The position numbers and the translations under genes are program-made. The notes under the pieces are model-generated. The model was not told the DNA's origin. It did not search any database and saw only the letters and a program-made list of their open reading frames with translations. A stretch of 24,693 bases of DNA, taken from the IMG/VR virus record IMGVR_UViG_3300012665_000087, positions 1 to 24,693 of that record. One strand, written 5' to 3'. The DNA comes from a virus (lineage: Duplodnaviria; Caudoviricetes). Below, piece after piece: positions 9,150 through 18,004 of this stretch; position 1 is the first letter of the stretch, and every line of letters starts with the position of its first letter.

Positions 9150-9833
9150 TTAGGCTAAACCGTTGGCTTTACGATGTTGTGCGTAAAGTTTACGGTGTTC
9201 TGGATTTCTCATATCTAACTTGGATATGTCCAGTGTTTGCGTTGATCCAGCAGAGACATTGCTCTTGGTATTAGTAGTGCTAGGGTTAGCAACTCTAAAA
9301 TGCGGATTTAAATCTAAGAATCCTCGCACTAAATCGTCAACTCCAAGTGCTTCACCTGCGTCGTTATAACGCACTGCGCCCTTTTCGTCTACTACTTCTA
9401 CTTCGCCATCATTATTAAGTCTTACGTTAGTGGCCAACAATGCTTTGACCTGTTCCGCATTTACAGCGTTAAACTTGGCTGCGGCACTGAGTAAAGGCAC
9501 ATTAACTTTGTATTCCTTGATAATGCTGTCTCTTTTTAGGATCTCTTGATCCTTTTTAGCAGCCAATTCTTGTAAGGTCTTTTCAAACTCTCCTCGCTTG
9601 ATCTGCGCTTCCTGTTGTTTCTTCTCCCATTCAGTTTTAATTGAACGTAGTTCTTCAGGATCGCCTAATTCTGCGTAAGGTTTTAGAAGTTTCTTTTCCA
9701 ATGAACCCTTCATGCGGGCCATCATGTTGTCTACTTCTTCTTGACTATAAGTCTTGACTGACTGTGCCTGATTTCCAGTATTAAGGTCTGTAGCATCAGT
9801 TGCTGTGTCCTGTACCAATGTATTGTCTGACAT
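9150..9833 (-). CDS. Capsid scaffolding protein
   Basis: KTYSQEEVD motif, charged coiled coil (KRGEFEK), FLDLNPHF and basic C-terminus; just upstream of the capsid gene; GGAGG RBS. Confidence 0.85.
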   Translation of the reverse strand: MSDNTLVQDTATDATDLNTGNQAQSVKTYSQEEVDNMMARMKGSLEKKLLKPYAELGDPEELRSIKTEWEKKQQEAQIKRGEFEKTLQELAAKKDQEILKRDSIIKEYKVNVPLLSAAAKFNAVNAEQVKALLATNVRLNNDGEVEVVDEKGAVRYNDAGEALGVDDLVRGFLDLNPHFRVANPSTTNTKSNVSAGSTQTLDISKLDMRNPEHRKLYAQHRKANGLA

Positions 9834-9893
9834 TGTGCATCGCCTCCCTTCAGAGTGTGTTTGTTAGCAATAAACCCTTATTGCTTGATATGA

Positions 9894-9900
9894 TATTTAT
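9894..9900 (-). promoter_or_regulatory. ATAAATA late-promoter-like motif upstream of scaffold/capsid
   Basis: AATAAATATC on the minus strand, followed by a perfect 8-bp hairpin at 9866-9885. Confidence 0.65.
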
Positions 9901-9910
9901 TAATCTATAG

Positions 9911-10150
9911 TTAGAACTTCATTAAAATGGTTGTTATCAAGCCTAATAGGCTGACCACTATGGTACTGGAACTGGTTATGATCACAGTGCGCATACTTTG
10001 ACTGCTGTCTGCAATTGATTTACTCACAGCATCCACTTTGACTTCTAATGTAGATAATCTTTGTTCTAGATGTTTGTAGCGTTCAGCACAGAGATCCACA
10101 TGGGCTTCTAAGTTCTCACGCTCTAGACTGGTTGTTGTTATGTCTGTCAT
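9911..10150 (-). CDS. Coiled-coil protein with C-terminal transmembrane helix (XhlA/holin-like)
   Basis: LEAHVDLCAERYKHLEQRLSTLE coiled coil followed by hydrophobic IVVSLLGLITTILM. Confidence 0.6.
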   Translation of the reverse strand: MTDITTTSLERENLEAHVDLCAERYKHLEQRLSTLEVKVDAVSKSIADSSQSMRTVIITSSSTIVVSLLGLITTILMKF

Positions 10151-10299
10151 TTTGTCTTTGCCTTCTTTTGAGCAGACTGACTTGCTTTAATTGCCTGTGC
10201 TTGTCTAACTGCTTGGGCTCTGGTAGGGTATACTTTACCACTATCGCCATATTGCCATCCTTTGCCCCCACGAGGGCCTGTTGCTTTATGTACGGGCAT
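10147..10299 (-). CDS. Small basic hypothetical protein (50 aa)
   Basis: Not in the track. MPVHKATGPRGGKGWQYGDSGKVYPTRAQAVRQAQAIKASQSAQKKAKTK; GGAG RBS; ATGA overlap with the next gene. Confidence 0.75.
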   Translation of the reverse strand: MPVHKATGPRGGKGWQYGDSGKVYPTRAQAVRQAQAIKASQSAQKKAKTK

Positions 10300-10666
10300 T
10301 ACTTTTCTCCAGTTTTAATTTGGCTCTACGTCGCTGTGCCTTGACTTTGGCACGCTGTTTGCGCTCCTCAGCCGTTTTATAACTGGGATGCAGTACTGCA
10401 TGATGCTGACTGACATAAAACTCAAAGTTTGTCAGTATGGCTGTCAATCTCTCAGGTGTAATTCTATTCATAGCAAGACTGTTTTCTATTTTGCCTAATA
10501 AGGCATTGCATCCTCTATGCAGTACACCTCTGATGTAACCAGATCTATGATCATGGTCCAATACAGCATCATCAAATATTAATTCTCCACACAGAGCACA
10601 GCAAAAGTCTTGATCTCTTAACTGCGCTTCTCTGTATGGTTTTATTTCTGTGGTTTTTAGTCTCAT
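10286..10666 (-). CDS. Recombination endonuclease VII family protein
   Basis: CALC...LDHDHRSGYIRGVLHRGCNALLGKIE matches the T4 gp49-type Endo VII signature. Start is either ATG 10666 or GTG 10669. Confidence 0.88.
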   Translation of the reverse strand: MRLKTTEIKPYREAQLRDQDFCCALCGELIFDDAVLDHDHRSGYIRGVLHRGCNALLGKIENSLAMNRITPERLTAILTNFEFYVSQHHAVLHPSYKTAEERKQRAKVKAQRRRAKLKLEKSNART

Positions 10667-10743
10667 CACTTACTTAAAGCCCAGTAAGGGCTAAAGTAGG
10701 CAAATAAGAACAACATCACCCAAAAGTCTATAATGTTTTCCAT
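10666..10743 (-). CDS. 25-aa hydrophobic micro-protein
   Basis: MENIIDFWVMLFLFAYFSPYWALSK; TAATG overlap with the upstream ORF and TGATG overlap with Endo VII. Confidence 0.5.
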   Translation of the reverse strand: MENIIDFWVMLFLFAYFSPYWALSK

Positions 10744-10793
10744 TAGTAACGCTTTGGTGGTTTAACTGGTTTCTTTCGCTTAGGGTAAGCCAT
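10743..10793 (-). CDS. 16-aa basic micro-protein
   Basis: MAYPKRKKPVKPPKRY preceded by a strong RBS (TAAGGAGAATAAC-ATG) that overlaps the portal stop. Confidence 0.6.
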   Translation of the reverse strand: MAYPKRKKPVKPPKRY

Positions 10794-10803
10794 GTTATTC
10801 TCC

Positions 10804-12360
10804 TTATTCATCCGCCATTTCGTCCCACTTGGCACACCAGTATACTGCACGAACTGGTGCATCAAACTTGGTACAATACATTTCACCTGCTTTGTAGTAT
10901 TCACAGTTAGAGCAGGCTTGTCCCTCTGGAACACCAGGGTTGTCTGCTGGCTGGTAAGCCGCAGGCAAGTTGCTGTTAATTATTTCGCCATCAGAATATG
11001 TTCTACCCTGCTGTGGATTAGGATCTATAAAAGGCAAATCTTCTTTTTCTTCACCCAAGAATTCTAAGATATGTTCATCAATCTTACGCAACACCACAGG
11101 GTCAGTGGCTGTGTCCTTGGCTATCTTAAGTTGTTCAATCTCTTTGCCTGTGTCACGTATGTTGAAACTGCCTGGATAGTCAATGCTGCCCATCCACTGT
11201 TGTCCTTGATATTCAAACCATAACTGCCACATCTGTTCTTCTGCTAATTCTAGGTTGTCTGCTTTTTCACTGAGACGTGCATTTAGTAATTGAAATTCTG
11301 TTTCCATGGCCACACCACTCATTGTGCGTGACTCTACTGCGCGAACTGCACCTGTGTTGGCCATTTTGTCAATGCTTTCAATGCTGTGCTTGATGGCTGT
11401 GTAGATGCTGTCCACACTGGCTCCACTGAACTCTAACAAGTAAGGTTTTAGTCCAGGATCTAAATTCTCAGGCATGTGAATTAAACTACCAGCACCAATG
11501 CCTGCGTTGGTTTCTGGAGTCTTAACTAAACTTGGATGACTGTCTAATCTAATGCTTTGCTCTACTTCACTGGTAGCGTTGTAGATAAAACGCTGTGCAT
11601 CTGCAATATCTGCAATATCACTGACACCAATGCCTCTAACAATACTGCGTCCATTGTAGGCGCAGACTGCGGGTATCTTACCTAGGCCATTTATTTCTAC
11701 AATGTCATTAAGAATTAAGGTGTCTTTGGTGTTGACTGTGATTGTGCGCACAGTCTGTTTGGTCCACTCTTTGACTGTACGAACATCACCGTTGACTTCT
11801 TCCAAGTATTTGAAATAAGTTAATTCATAGCGGCCGCTGGGTTGACGACTCCACACCCAGTCTAACACAGTCAATGGCGTTAGTAAGTTCACATAAGGAC
11901 GCACACCTTGAGCCTGTTCATCTGCCACTGTGACAGCACCCACATTAGGCTTGGCCACAATAATCCAGCAGTGACCAAACACACTACTCCATGTGCTGAC
12001 ATCTTTCATAAATGCGTTTAGACTGCGTCCATCAAAGTCAGCATCACGTAAGAACATTTCTAAATCAAAATTCATGCCATTATTGTCAAAGTCTCTTTGT
12101 GGCTCTTCACGGAATAAGAAACTGTTGTAAACACTGACCACGCTCTGACAGTGATTCTCCAGTGGAGTTGTCTTTAGACGTGCTTGATATTCATTGTCTG
12201 TTTCTAATTGATAGCGTGTTAGATGCTGTGCTTTGCGATATTCTTCACCGCCAAGGTAACTTTCTAACAGATATGTCCACTGTGTTTTGTAGGTTTCATA
12301 TAGGTTATTGTTAGAAAATAACTGTGCAATTTCTTGTTTTAGGGTTTCTACGACGTTCAT
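10804..12360 (-). CDS. Portal protein with C-terminal HiPIP-like 4-Cys domain
   Basis: Follows terL; ETDNEYQARL, FGHCWIIV, RPYVNLLTP, LGKIPAV and SGVAMETEFQLLNARLSEKA portal-type motifs; C-terminal CSNC-x9-C-x10-YWC. Confidence 0.9.
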   Translation of the reverse strand: MNVVETLKQEIAQLFSNNNLYETYKTQWTYLLESYLGGEEYRKAQHLTRYQLETDNEYQARLKTTPLENHCQSVVSVYNSFLFREEPQRDFDNNGMNFDLEMFLRDADFDGRSLNAFMKDVSTWSSVFGHCWIIVAKPNVGAVTVADEQAQGVRPYVNLLTPLTVLDWVWSRQPSGRYELTYFKYLEEVNGDVRTVKEWTKQTVRTITVNTKDTLILNDIVEINGLGKIPAVCAYNGRSIVRGIGVSDIADIADAQRFIYNATSEVEQSIRLDSHPSLVKTPETNAGIGAGSLIHMPENLDPGLKPYLLEFSGASVDSIYTAIKHSIESIDKMANTGAVRAVESRTMSGVAMETEFQLLNARLSEKADNLELAEEQMWQLWFEYQGQQWMGSIDYPGSFNIRDTGKEIEQLKIAKDTATDPVVLRKIDEHILEFLGEEKEDLPFIDPNPQQGRTYSDGEIINSNLPAAYQPADNPGVPEGQACSNCEYYKAGEMYCTKFDAPVRAVYWCAKWDEMADE

Positions 12361-12370
12361 TTTGGTATCC

Positions 12371-13612
12371 TTAGTTTATTCTATGACCCCAACGCTGTGG
12401 TTGAGTTAGACTTGGGTCTTGGTCTCTGCGCACTGGGAATAGATAGTCCGTCATATAACCCAGTGCATCCATCATATGATCATAACCACTATCTTTGTCT
12501 GGCTGTGTGGTGCCTTCTTTGTACACATGCCTCTCTAATCCTTCAATAGTATATTTACATTTAGGCATAATAAACAACCTTCTAATGCCGTCACTGCCAC
12601 AGAGTCTACTGTTGACTGCGTTAATACGATCACGCACTGGTGTGTGGCTGTTGGGACTCTTGACTATGAATCCTGCGTTCTGCAAGATGGTGATGTCAGT
12701 AGAGCCGCCTGCTGATGTTTTTCTTTGTCTGGCTGCGGGATCTGGATAGACCCAGATCTTACTCTTTGGATATCTACTCTTAATTTCATCCACGCACTCT
12801 TGGGTGTTAGAAGAAAACATACGGATTTCGTCAATGACACAGAGATCGTCTCCTTTTCTTATGGCAATCACAGCACTCATGGGATCTATGTTAAAGTCCA
12901 TGCCTATGTATAACACATCTAAATCACGAGGTTCTAATTTGCCCTCAACAACATTCTGTTTGCGATCAAAACTGTAGTAAATGCGTCCACTGTATGTTTC
13001 AAATGTTGCTAGGTATTCCTGCCTAAATGTACGTTCATCTAGGTCTTTCTTAGCACTCTCAATCTCCGCTGGTGTGACATTGCCACCATCTACTGTGGTG
13101 TATTGAAAACTCTGCCAGTCTGGATTGTCTAACGAGTTCTGATATAGTTCATAACTCCAATTGCCAATGCCCTTGGGTGTACCAATGAAAAGAGCACGAC
13201 CTTGCTTGTCAGACAGAGTAGGGCGTAGAGTTTCATACCAAGCGTCAGGGTTAATATCAGCAAACTCATCAAGCACAATAAAATCAAGGCCCACACCCCT
13301 GAGGCTATCATAGTTATCAGCGCCTTTAAGAGCAATAGTACTGCCATTGACCAATGTAATTGTGAGTTCTGTTTCATTTGTTTTCTGTACCCAATTAAGT
13401 TCCTGTAATCTCTTTTTTAGTTTACGCCACACAATTTGACGTGCCATTTTATATGAGGGAGCCACGTACCATACTTCTTTTTCTGGGTCGCGAGCATGAT
13501 AACAGAGTTCGCGTATGGCCAAGTGGGTTTTGCCAAAACGACGCCCCGCCACCACTACTCTAAAGCGTGTGGTGTCCTTGGTAATTGTCTGTTGTGGAGT
13601 GCTTAGTGGCAT
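12371..13612 (-). CDS. terL: Terminase large subunit
   Basis: Walker A GRRFGKT, Walker B FIVLDE, GTPKG coupling motif, RNase-H-like nuclease motifs GMDFN / YPDPA / DHMMDAL. Confidence 0.96.
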   Translation of the reverse strand: MPLSTPQQTITKDTTRFRVVVAGRRFGKTHLAIRELCYHARDPEKEVWYVAPSYKMARQIVWRKLKKRLQELNWVQKTNETELTITLVNGSTIALKGADNYDSLRGVGLDFIVLDEFADINPDAWYETLRPTLSDKQGRALFIGTPKGIGNWSYELYQNSLDNPDWQSFQYTTVDGGNVTPAEIESAKKDLDERTFRQEYLATFETYSGRIYYSFDRKQNVVEGKLEPRDLDVLYIGMDFNIDPMSAVIAIRKGDDLCVIDEIRMFSSNTQECVDEIKSRYPKSKIWVYPDPAARQRKTSAGGSTDITILQNAGFIVKSPNSHTPVRDRINAVNSRLCGSDGIRRLFIMPKCKYTIEGLERHVYKEGTTQPDKDSGYDHMMDALGYMTDYLFPVRRDQDPSLTQPQRWGHRIN

Positions 13613-13640
13613 TGACTTTTTCCAAGGTAGATGTTATAAT
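13612..13640 (+). promoter_or_regulatory. sigma70 promoter for the antisense HNH gene
   Basis: TTGACT (13612-13617), 17-nt spacer, TGnTATAAT (TATAAT at 13635-13640); the ATG follows after 7 nt. Confidence 0.8.
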
Positions 13641-13647
13641 TAGTATT

Positions 13648-14022
13648 ATGGCAAAAGCATACAATATTAAAAGAAACACCAAACAAGACTTTTTTAATCG
13701 TATCAAAAAACTTGATAATGGATGTTGGGAATTTTTGGGAAATTCTGATCGCGATGGATATCGCTTCTTTCAATTTGAAGGCAAGGATTGGCGTGCTCAC
13801 AGACTTAGTGTAATTTTTGATGGTAGAGATCCAGCAGGAAAAATAGTTTGTCATTCCTGTGATAATCCTAGTTGCGTAAATCCTAGCCATTTGTTTATAG
13901 GTACTCACAAAGATAATGCACAAGATTGTGCTAAAAAAGGACGTAATCCAGGTAATAAAATTTCTACCATAGGAAACGGAAGAGCCTTTGGTCCTAAATC
14001 TAAAGGATTGAAACTCAAATAA
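13648..14022 (+). CDS. Free-standing HNH homing endonuclease (HNH_3 type), 124 aa
   Basis: GCWEF.G...GY...AHRLS...[30 protein letters not shown]; the only convincing plus-strand gene. ATG 13648 is preferred over the track start at 13585. Confidence 0.9.
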   Translation: MAKAYNIKRNTKQDFFNRIKKLDNGCWEFLGNSDRDGYRFFQFEGKDWRAHRLSVIFDGRDPAGKIVCHSCDNPSCVNPSHLFIGTHKDNAQDCAKKGRNPGNKISTIGNGRAFGPKSKGLKLK

Positions 14023-14023
14023 T

Positions 14024-14530
14024 TTAATCATCTGAATCAGACCAAGGCAAAGGTTTCTTGTCATCAGTGCCTGTGGGTGTTTCTTGTTGACCCAGTATGT
14101 TTTTGCCCAACCATATCAACATCACAGCATTGCCACTCAATGCCAGTTTGATCTGAGCACGTCTAAGACTGTGTTTTAGATCTTCACGACCCTTTTCTAT
14201 AATATCGCTAAAATTGTATCTAAGTGTGTTTTCGTCCATGTCAAAGAATCTGGCGATTTCTCTATCACTACAGCCTATTACTGATAATTCGTAAATGTGC
14301 TGTGGTTCAATCACACGCTTTCTGCGTCCACGACCCACTTCATAGCCATAAACTTCCACAGCCACTAACTTTTTCTTGTTCTTGGGTCCAGTCTTTGAGG
14401 GATCAGATGATTCTTCCACATAGGGAATCACTTCCGTGTATTCTGCCTCACGGGTGCCAGGCGGCTTTAAGTTCATGGCCACACCTTCTATTATTTCTGA
14501 GGCTGGATTATTTTCCTGATTCTGCATCAA
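14024..14530 (-). CDS. terS: Terminase small subunit
   Basis: HTH (GCSDREIARFFDMDENTL) plus LRRAQIKLALSGNAVMLIWLGKNILGQ motif; upstream of terL. The true start may be ATG 14527 or 14476. Confidence 0.82.
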   Translation of the reverse strand: MMQNQENNPASEIIEGVAMNLKPPGTREAEYTEVIPYVEESSDPSKTGPKNKKKLVAVEVYGYEVGRGRRKRVIEPQHIYELSVIGCSDREIARFFDMDENTLRYNFSDIIEKGREDLKHSLRRAQIKLALSGNAVMLIWLGKNILGQQETPTGTDDKKPLPWSDSDD

Positions 14531-14532
14531 CG

Positions 14533-14538
14533 TATTTA
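14533..14538 (-). promoter_or_regulatory. TAAATA late-promoter-like motif upstream of terS
   Basis: ATTAAATACG on the minus strand in the short intergenic gap. Confidence 0.55.
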
Positions 14539-14563
14539 ATGTTTATATAAAAAACATCTGGGA

Positions 14564-14764
14564 TTATTGATTCTTTTCTTGGAATTCACGCTGTGATCTT
14601 TTAAGACTCTTGATGTGATTCAACAGTACTGTGTGTTGGTCACTGAGTTCACGCATGAGTATTACCAGTTCATTGTGACAGTTGGCCAAATGTTCATGCG
14701 CCTCTTTGAGATCCCGTAACTCCTGTAGGGGATCAAAACTTGGATCTATACGCCAGTCTGTCAT
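14564..14764 (-). CDS. Small coiled-coil hypothetical protein
   Basis: 66 aa with heptad pattern; AGGAGG RBS. Confidence 0.7.
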   Translation of the reverse strand: MTDWRIDPSFDPLQELRDLKEAHEHLANCHNELVILMRELSDQHTVLLNHIKSLKRSQREFQEKNQ

Positions 14765-14773
14765 AGGGCCTCC

Positions 14774-15103
14774 TTAGGCTGAACGATTCTCTACTTTTAC
14801 TTTGAAAAAACGTCTATCTTCTAATCCATCCGCAGTCACTACTTTGCAGTACACAGTATAACTCTTGCCTGCCTGTCCATTGTTGAGTTCAATGTAAGTT
14901 TTAGTGCCTTGTATGCCATTAGTGACTTTGACCAATGGTGTTGGGTCATTGGCTCGTGCCACTATGGTCCATGTGGCTGAGGCTAGACTGTCTCCAGTTT
15001 CTAACCAATTTACCCAGTCTAGTGTATAGGTCAACTGTGCTTCTGGGTCTTTGCTAATTTGTAGTCCTTGTATGGTTTGGACGAACCCTTGTGTAATAGC
15101 CAT
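14774..15103 (-). CDS. Putative fibre adaptor protein (Ig-like, KDP-x-YxxDW family)
   Basis: SKDPEAQLTYTLDWVNWL...GQAGKSYTVYCKVVTADGLEDRR pattern seen in small virion adaptor proteins; AGGAG RBS. Confidence 0.6.
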   Translation of the reverse strand: MAITQGFVQTIQGLQISKDPEAQLTYTLDWVNWLETGDSLASATWTIVARANDPTPLVKVTNGIQGTKTYIELNNGQAGKSYTVYCKVVTADGLEDRRFFKVKVENRSA

Positions 15104-15118
15104 CTCTGGTCTCCTTAA

Positions 15119-17995
15119 TTACTTGTTGATTGTGTATAGATCTATTTCATCTATAACTGTGTAAGCGGCACTGTCATTAGTACTCAACAGTGTGGTTCTT
15201 AATTCAGCAATCATTGTGCGGGATCTTAATTCCTCTACAATTATGTAGCTCAATGATTCTCTAGGTATAACATAAGTTAGGTCAGGATCAATGTGCGCCA
15301 CTGTGATGGCTGTGAGTTGACTGGCCGCCACAGTGAGTGTGGCTTGACCTCTCGCTCGTTTAGAGCCCGCGGCTGCGGTTGTGAATCTGGCAGTGATTAG
15401 GGCCTGCGCAGATACTAGTTTGTCACCTATGACTAATTCACTGTTGAATGCTGATAGGTCTGCACTGCCACTTCTTGTTCTATTTGCTGTGACTGTCAGT
15501 GCGAACTGTGCGGCAGGTGTACTGATTAATCCACTGGTTTCACTGGCCTGTGCTGATAATGCAAATTGACTGCTGAGATTTGCTGAACTTTCAACTGCCT
15601 TGATACCATCAGCAGTCAATGTGATCTGACAGGCCTGACTGCTGGCGCCCTGCTGTATTCTTGTGGCTGTGATTGACACTGTGCCAGCACAGATCGCCAA
15701 TGCGGCAAATTCTTTGGTATTGCTTAGACTCACATCTAAAGTAAACGCACTGCTCAGATTGCTGGCTAAACTATTAATTTTGTTTGCACTGGCAGTCTGA
15801 GTGAATTCACTATTGGCACTGCTGGCGAGTCCTGCCAATCTTCTAATGTCGCTGGTTTGTGTGAACTCGCTTGACAGACTGCTCTGTGCGCTGGCAATAT
15901 TTGCCGCTGTGGCGGTTTGTGTGAACACACCTGATTGACTGCTGTCTGTGTCAGTGGTCTTTGTGGGTGCCGCAGATAAACTGGCAGTGCAATCCAGTGT
16001 GATTAAACCTTGTCCAATCTTGGCCACTGACACTAATTCAGTGGCTACTGCATCTGTGGCAATTGCACTGGATTTTATTCTCAGTATTGTGCCAGTGACT
16101 GCGGCTGTGCTGGACAGTGCAGACTCTAAACTGGCACTTCTATTCACTACTGCACCCACAGCGGCCTCTGCGCTCAAGTCAGCACTGGCTTGCTGTGGAG
16201 CAAACTCACCTATAGTTGTTTGTGTGAATGCACTGCTGATGCTGGCACTGACAGGACGCTGTCTACTGGCTGTGGCACTGACTGTGCTGATGGCATTGAG
16301 TGCGGCTTGACCCAGCAATGTATCATTGTTGTGTTCAACAACGGCTGTTTGGTCAAAGTGTGTTAATGCACGAGTATAAACATCTCTGGTAAATGGTGCT
16401 GTAGGTGCAGTATAACTTGCGCCACTGTAACGAGCCACGCCAATGCTTAGACGGAATTCGTCAAACACTGTATCAATACTAGTGGGTCTTGCGTTTAATG
16501 CGTAAGAGGTAGTGCTTCTTAATGAGCCAAATCCACTGCTGGTTGTGGTGGCAATTCTTGAGCCACCGTAATCATATAAACTGAATGTATCACCACTACG
16601 AGTCAATGCCAAGTGACGTACTGCCCCTAATGCTAGACTAAAAGGATACGAGTTGGGATCACTGCTGAAAGTAACAGTTGTAAAGTCTGATTTTTGAACA
16701 CTGACTTCAAGATAATAATTGCCTGAAGAAACATCTAATTTTCTAACAATGTTAATACCAGTGGAACTTAAAATTGTCCAGTTAGAACTATAATTGTCAG
16801 TGGTACCTGTGGCATATCCTATCCAAAATTCCAAAGTAAAATTGCTGGATCCTGGATCCAACAAGGCACTACTGGCAGTGTTGTCACCACTTAGTGTAAT
16901 TTTACTGCCAGTGGCGGCTGTGAGACTGGCAGAATAACCATCAAACTTTCTAGTGTTAGAATAATTGATGCTGGTGTTGGTTGGTGTCCAAGTATAACTT
17001 GGATAGAATATGTTTAGACTTGCACTCAGACTTGCTGTGGCAGTCAATGCAGCCTGGCCTGGATTTAGGCTCAGTGCTGAAATGTTCAATGCGGCAGAAC
17101 TACTTAGGCTGGCATTGGCATCACGTGTTTTGGCTACTGCTGTGCTTTGACTGAATGCACTGGCCAAAGATGCCACAGCACTTCTATTGACCACGCTGTC
17201 AGCATTCAATGTGGCTGCTGAATCTAATACAGCAAAACTGTTCTTAATTGCAGATGCAGTTAATGTTGGTGAGAATGCACTGGCAAAACTTGCAGAAACT
17301 TGTTGTATTCTTGTGGCAGAAGTAGACTGTGATATCTGAGAATCTAATGCACTGCTGACATCTCTAGTTCTATCCGCTGATGCAGTCTGACTAAACTCAC
17401 TGGACTGTGCGCTGTCAACATCTCTAGTTCTATCTGCTAATGCAGTCTGACTAAACTCACTGTTGGCACTAACGCTGATTCCTACAAATTTATCAGCACT
17501 GACTGTGATACTGGTAGAACTAGTTAAAGTGGCACTGCCTTCTTCTAATGTTCCACCTGGTATTGCTTCCACATCCGCAGTCAATGAAAAAGCCGCACTG
17601 GTGGCGGCTTCCATAAAGCGAACACGATAGATGTCCGCACTGAAACTGAATGCTGAATCTTCTGAACTGGCACCTTGTTGAATGCGTTCAACATCTGTGG
17701 CTATGTTGAAGGCACTGCTGGCTGCAATATTATTATCACGGATTCTATCCACAACAACGGCTATGGCTGCTTCAGTGAATGCAAACAAGTCTGCACCTTC
17801 AATGTGGCTGATAGTGGCACTAACTGCGGTGGTCACAGTCATTGCACTGTCACCTTGTTTGATTACACCCACTGACACAGACAATGAAGCAGTGGCCGTT
17901 ATTGCGGCTTGTGCATTGGCTTCATAGACATAATACTCCTCAGGAGTAAAATAATCTAATTCAATGTATAAATTGTCTGTGACTTGTCTTGTCAT
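15119..17995 (-). CDS. Large Ala/Ser/Thr-rich repeat fibre protein with internal LamG/ConA-like lectin domain
   Basis: Roughly 20-aa degenerate repeats flank a domain with NFTLEFWI, RHLALTRSGDTFSLY and FDEFRLSIGVARY LamG-type motifs. Confidence 0.75.
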   Translation of the reverse strand: MTRQVTDNLYIELDYFTPEEYYVYEANAQAAITATASLSVSVGVIKQGDSAMTVTTAVSATISHIEGADLFAFTEAAIAVVVDRIRDNNIAASSAFNIATDVERIQQGASSEDSAFSFSADIYRVRFMEAATSAAFSLTADVEAIPGGTLEEGSATLTSSTSITVSADKFVGISVSANSEFSQTALADRTRDVDSAQSSEFSQTASADRTRDVSSALDSQISQSTSATRIQQVSASFASAFSPTLTASAIKNSFAVLDSAATLNADSVVNRSAVASLASAFSQSTAVAKTRDANASLSSSAALNISALSLNPGQAALTATASLSASLNIFYPSYTWTPTNTSINYSNTRKFDGYSASLTAATGSKITLSGDNTASSALLDPGSSNFTLEFWIGYATGTTDNYSSNWTILSSTGINIVRKLDVSSGNYYLEVSVQKSDFTTVTFSSDPNSYPFSLALGAVRHLALTRSGDTFSLYDYGGSRIATTTSSGFGSLRSTTSYALNARPTSIDTVFDEFRLSIGVARYSGASYTAPTAPFTRDVYTRALTHFDQTAVVEHNNDTLLGQAALNAISTVSATASRQRPVSASISSAFTQTTIGEFAPQQASADLSAEAAVGAVVNRSASLESALSSTAAVTGTILRIKSSAIATDAVATELVSVAKIGQGLITLDCTASLSAAPTKTTDTDSSQSGVFTQTATAANIASAQSSLSSEFTQTSDIRRLAGLASSANSEFTQTASANKINSLASNLSSAFTLDVSLSNTKEFAALAICAGTVSITATRIQQGASSQACQITLTADGIKAVESSANLSSQFALSAQASETSGLISTPAAQFALTVTANRTRSGSADLSAFNSELVIGDKLVSAQALITARFTTAAAGSKRARGQATLTVAASQLTAITVAHIDPDLTYVIPRESLSYIIVEELRSRTMIAELRTTLLSTNDSAAYTVIDEIDLYTINK
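17358..17462. repeat. Intragenic tandem duplication with 60-nt period
   Basis: 17358-17402 versus 17418-17462 match at 43/45 nt; encodes SEFSQTA(L/S)ADRTRDV twice. Confidence 0.9.
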
Positions 17996-18004
17996 TGATA
18001 TTCC

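Noticed and set aside
10743-10934. 63-aa ORF overlapping the portal 3' end
   Set aside because: Only the last 16 codons have an RBS and lie outside the portal; the upstream part overlaps the Cys-rich portal domain in another frame.
13603-14064. 153-aa minus-strand ORF bridging terS and terL
   Set aside because: It is the antisense shadow of the clear plus-strand HNH gene, with no RBS or recognisable motif; terS and terL each appear complete without it.
17358-17462. Near-identical repeat pair as a possible diversity-generating retroelement TR/VR
   Set aside because: The copies are adjacent, in frame and mid-gene; the two mismatches are not both at adenines on one strand; no reverse transcriptase is in the window.
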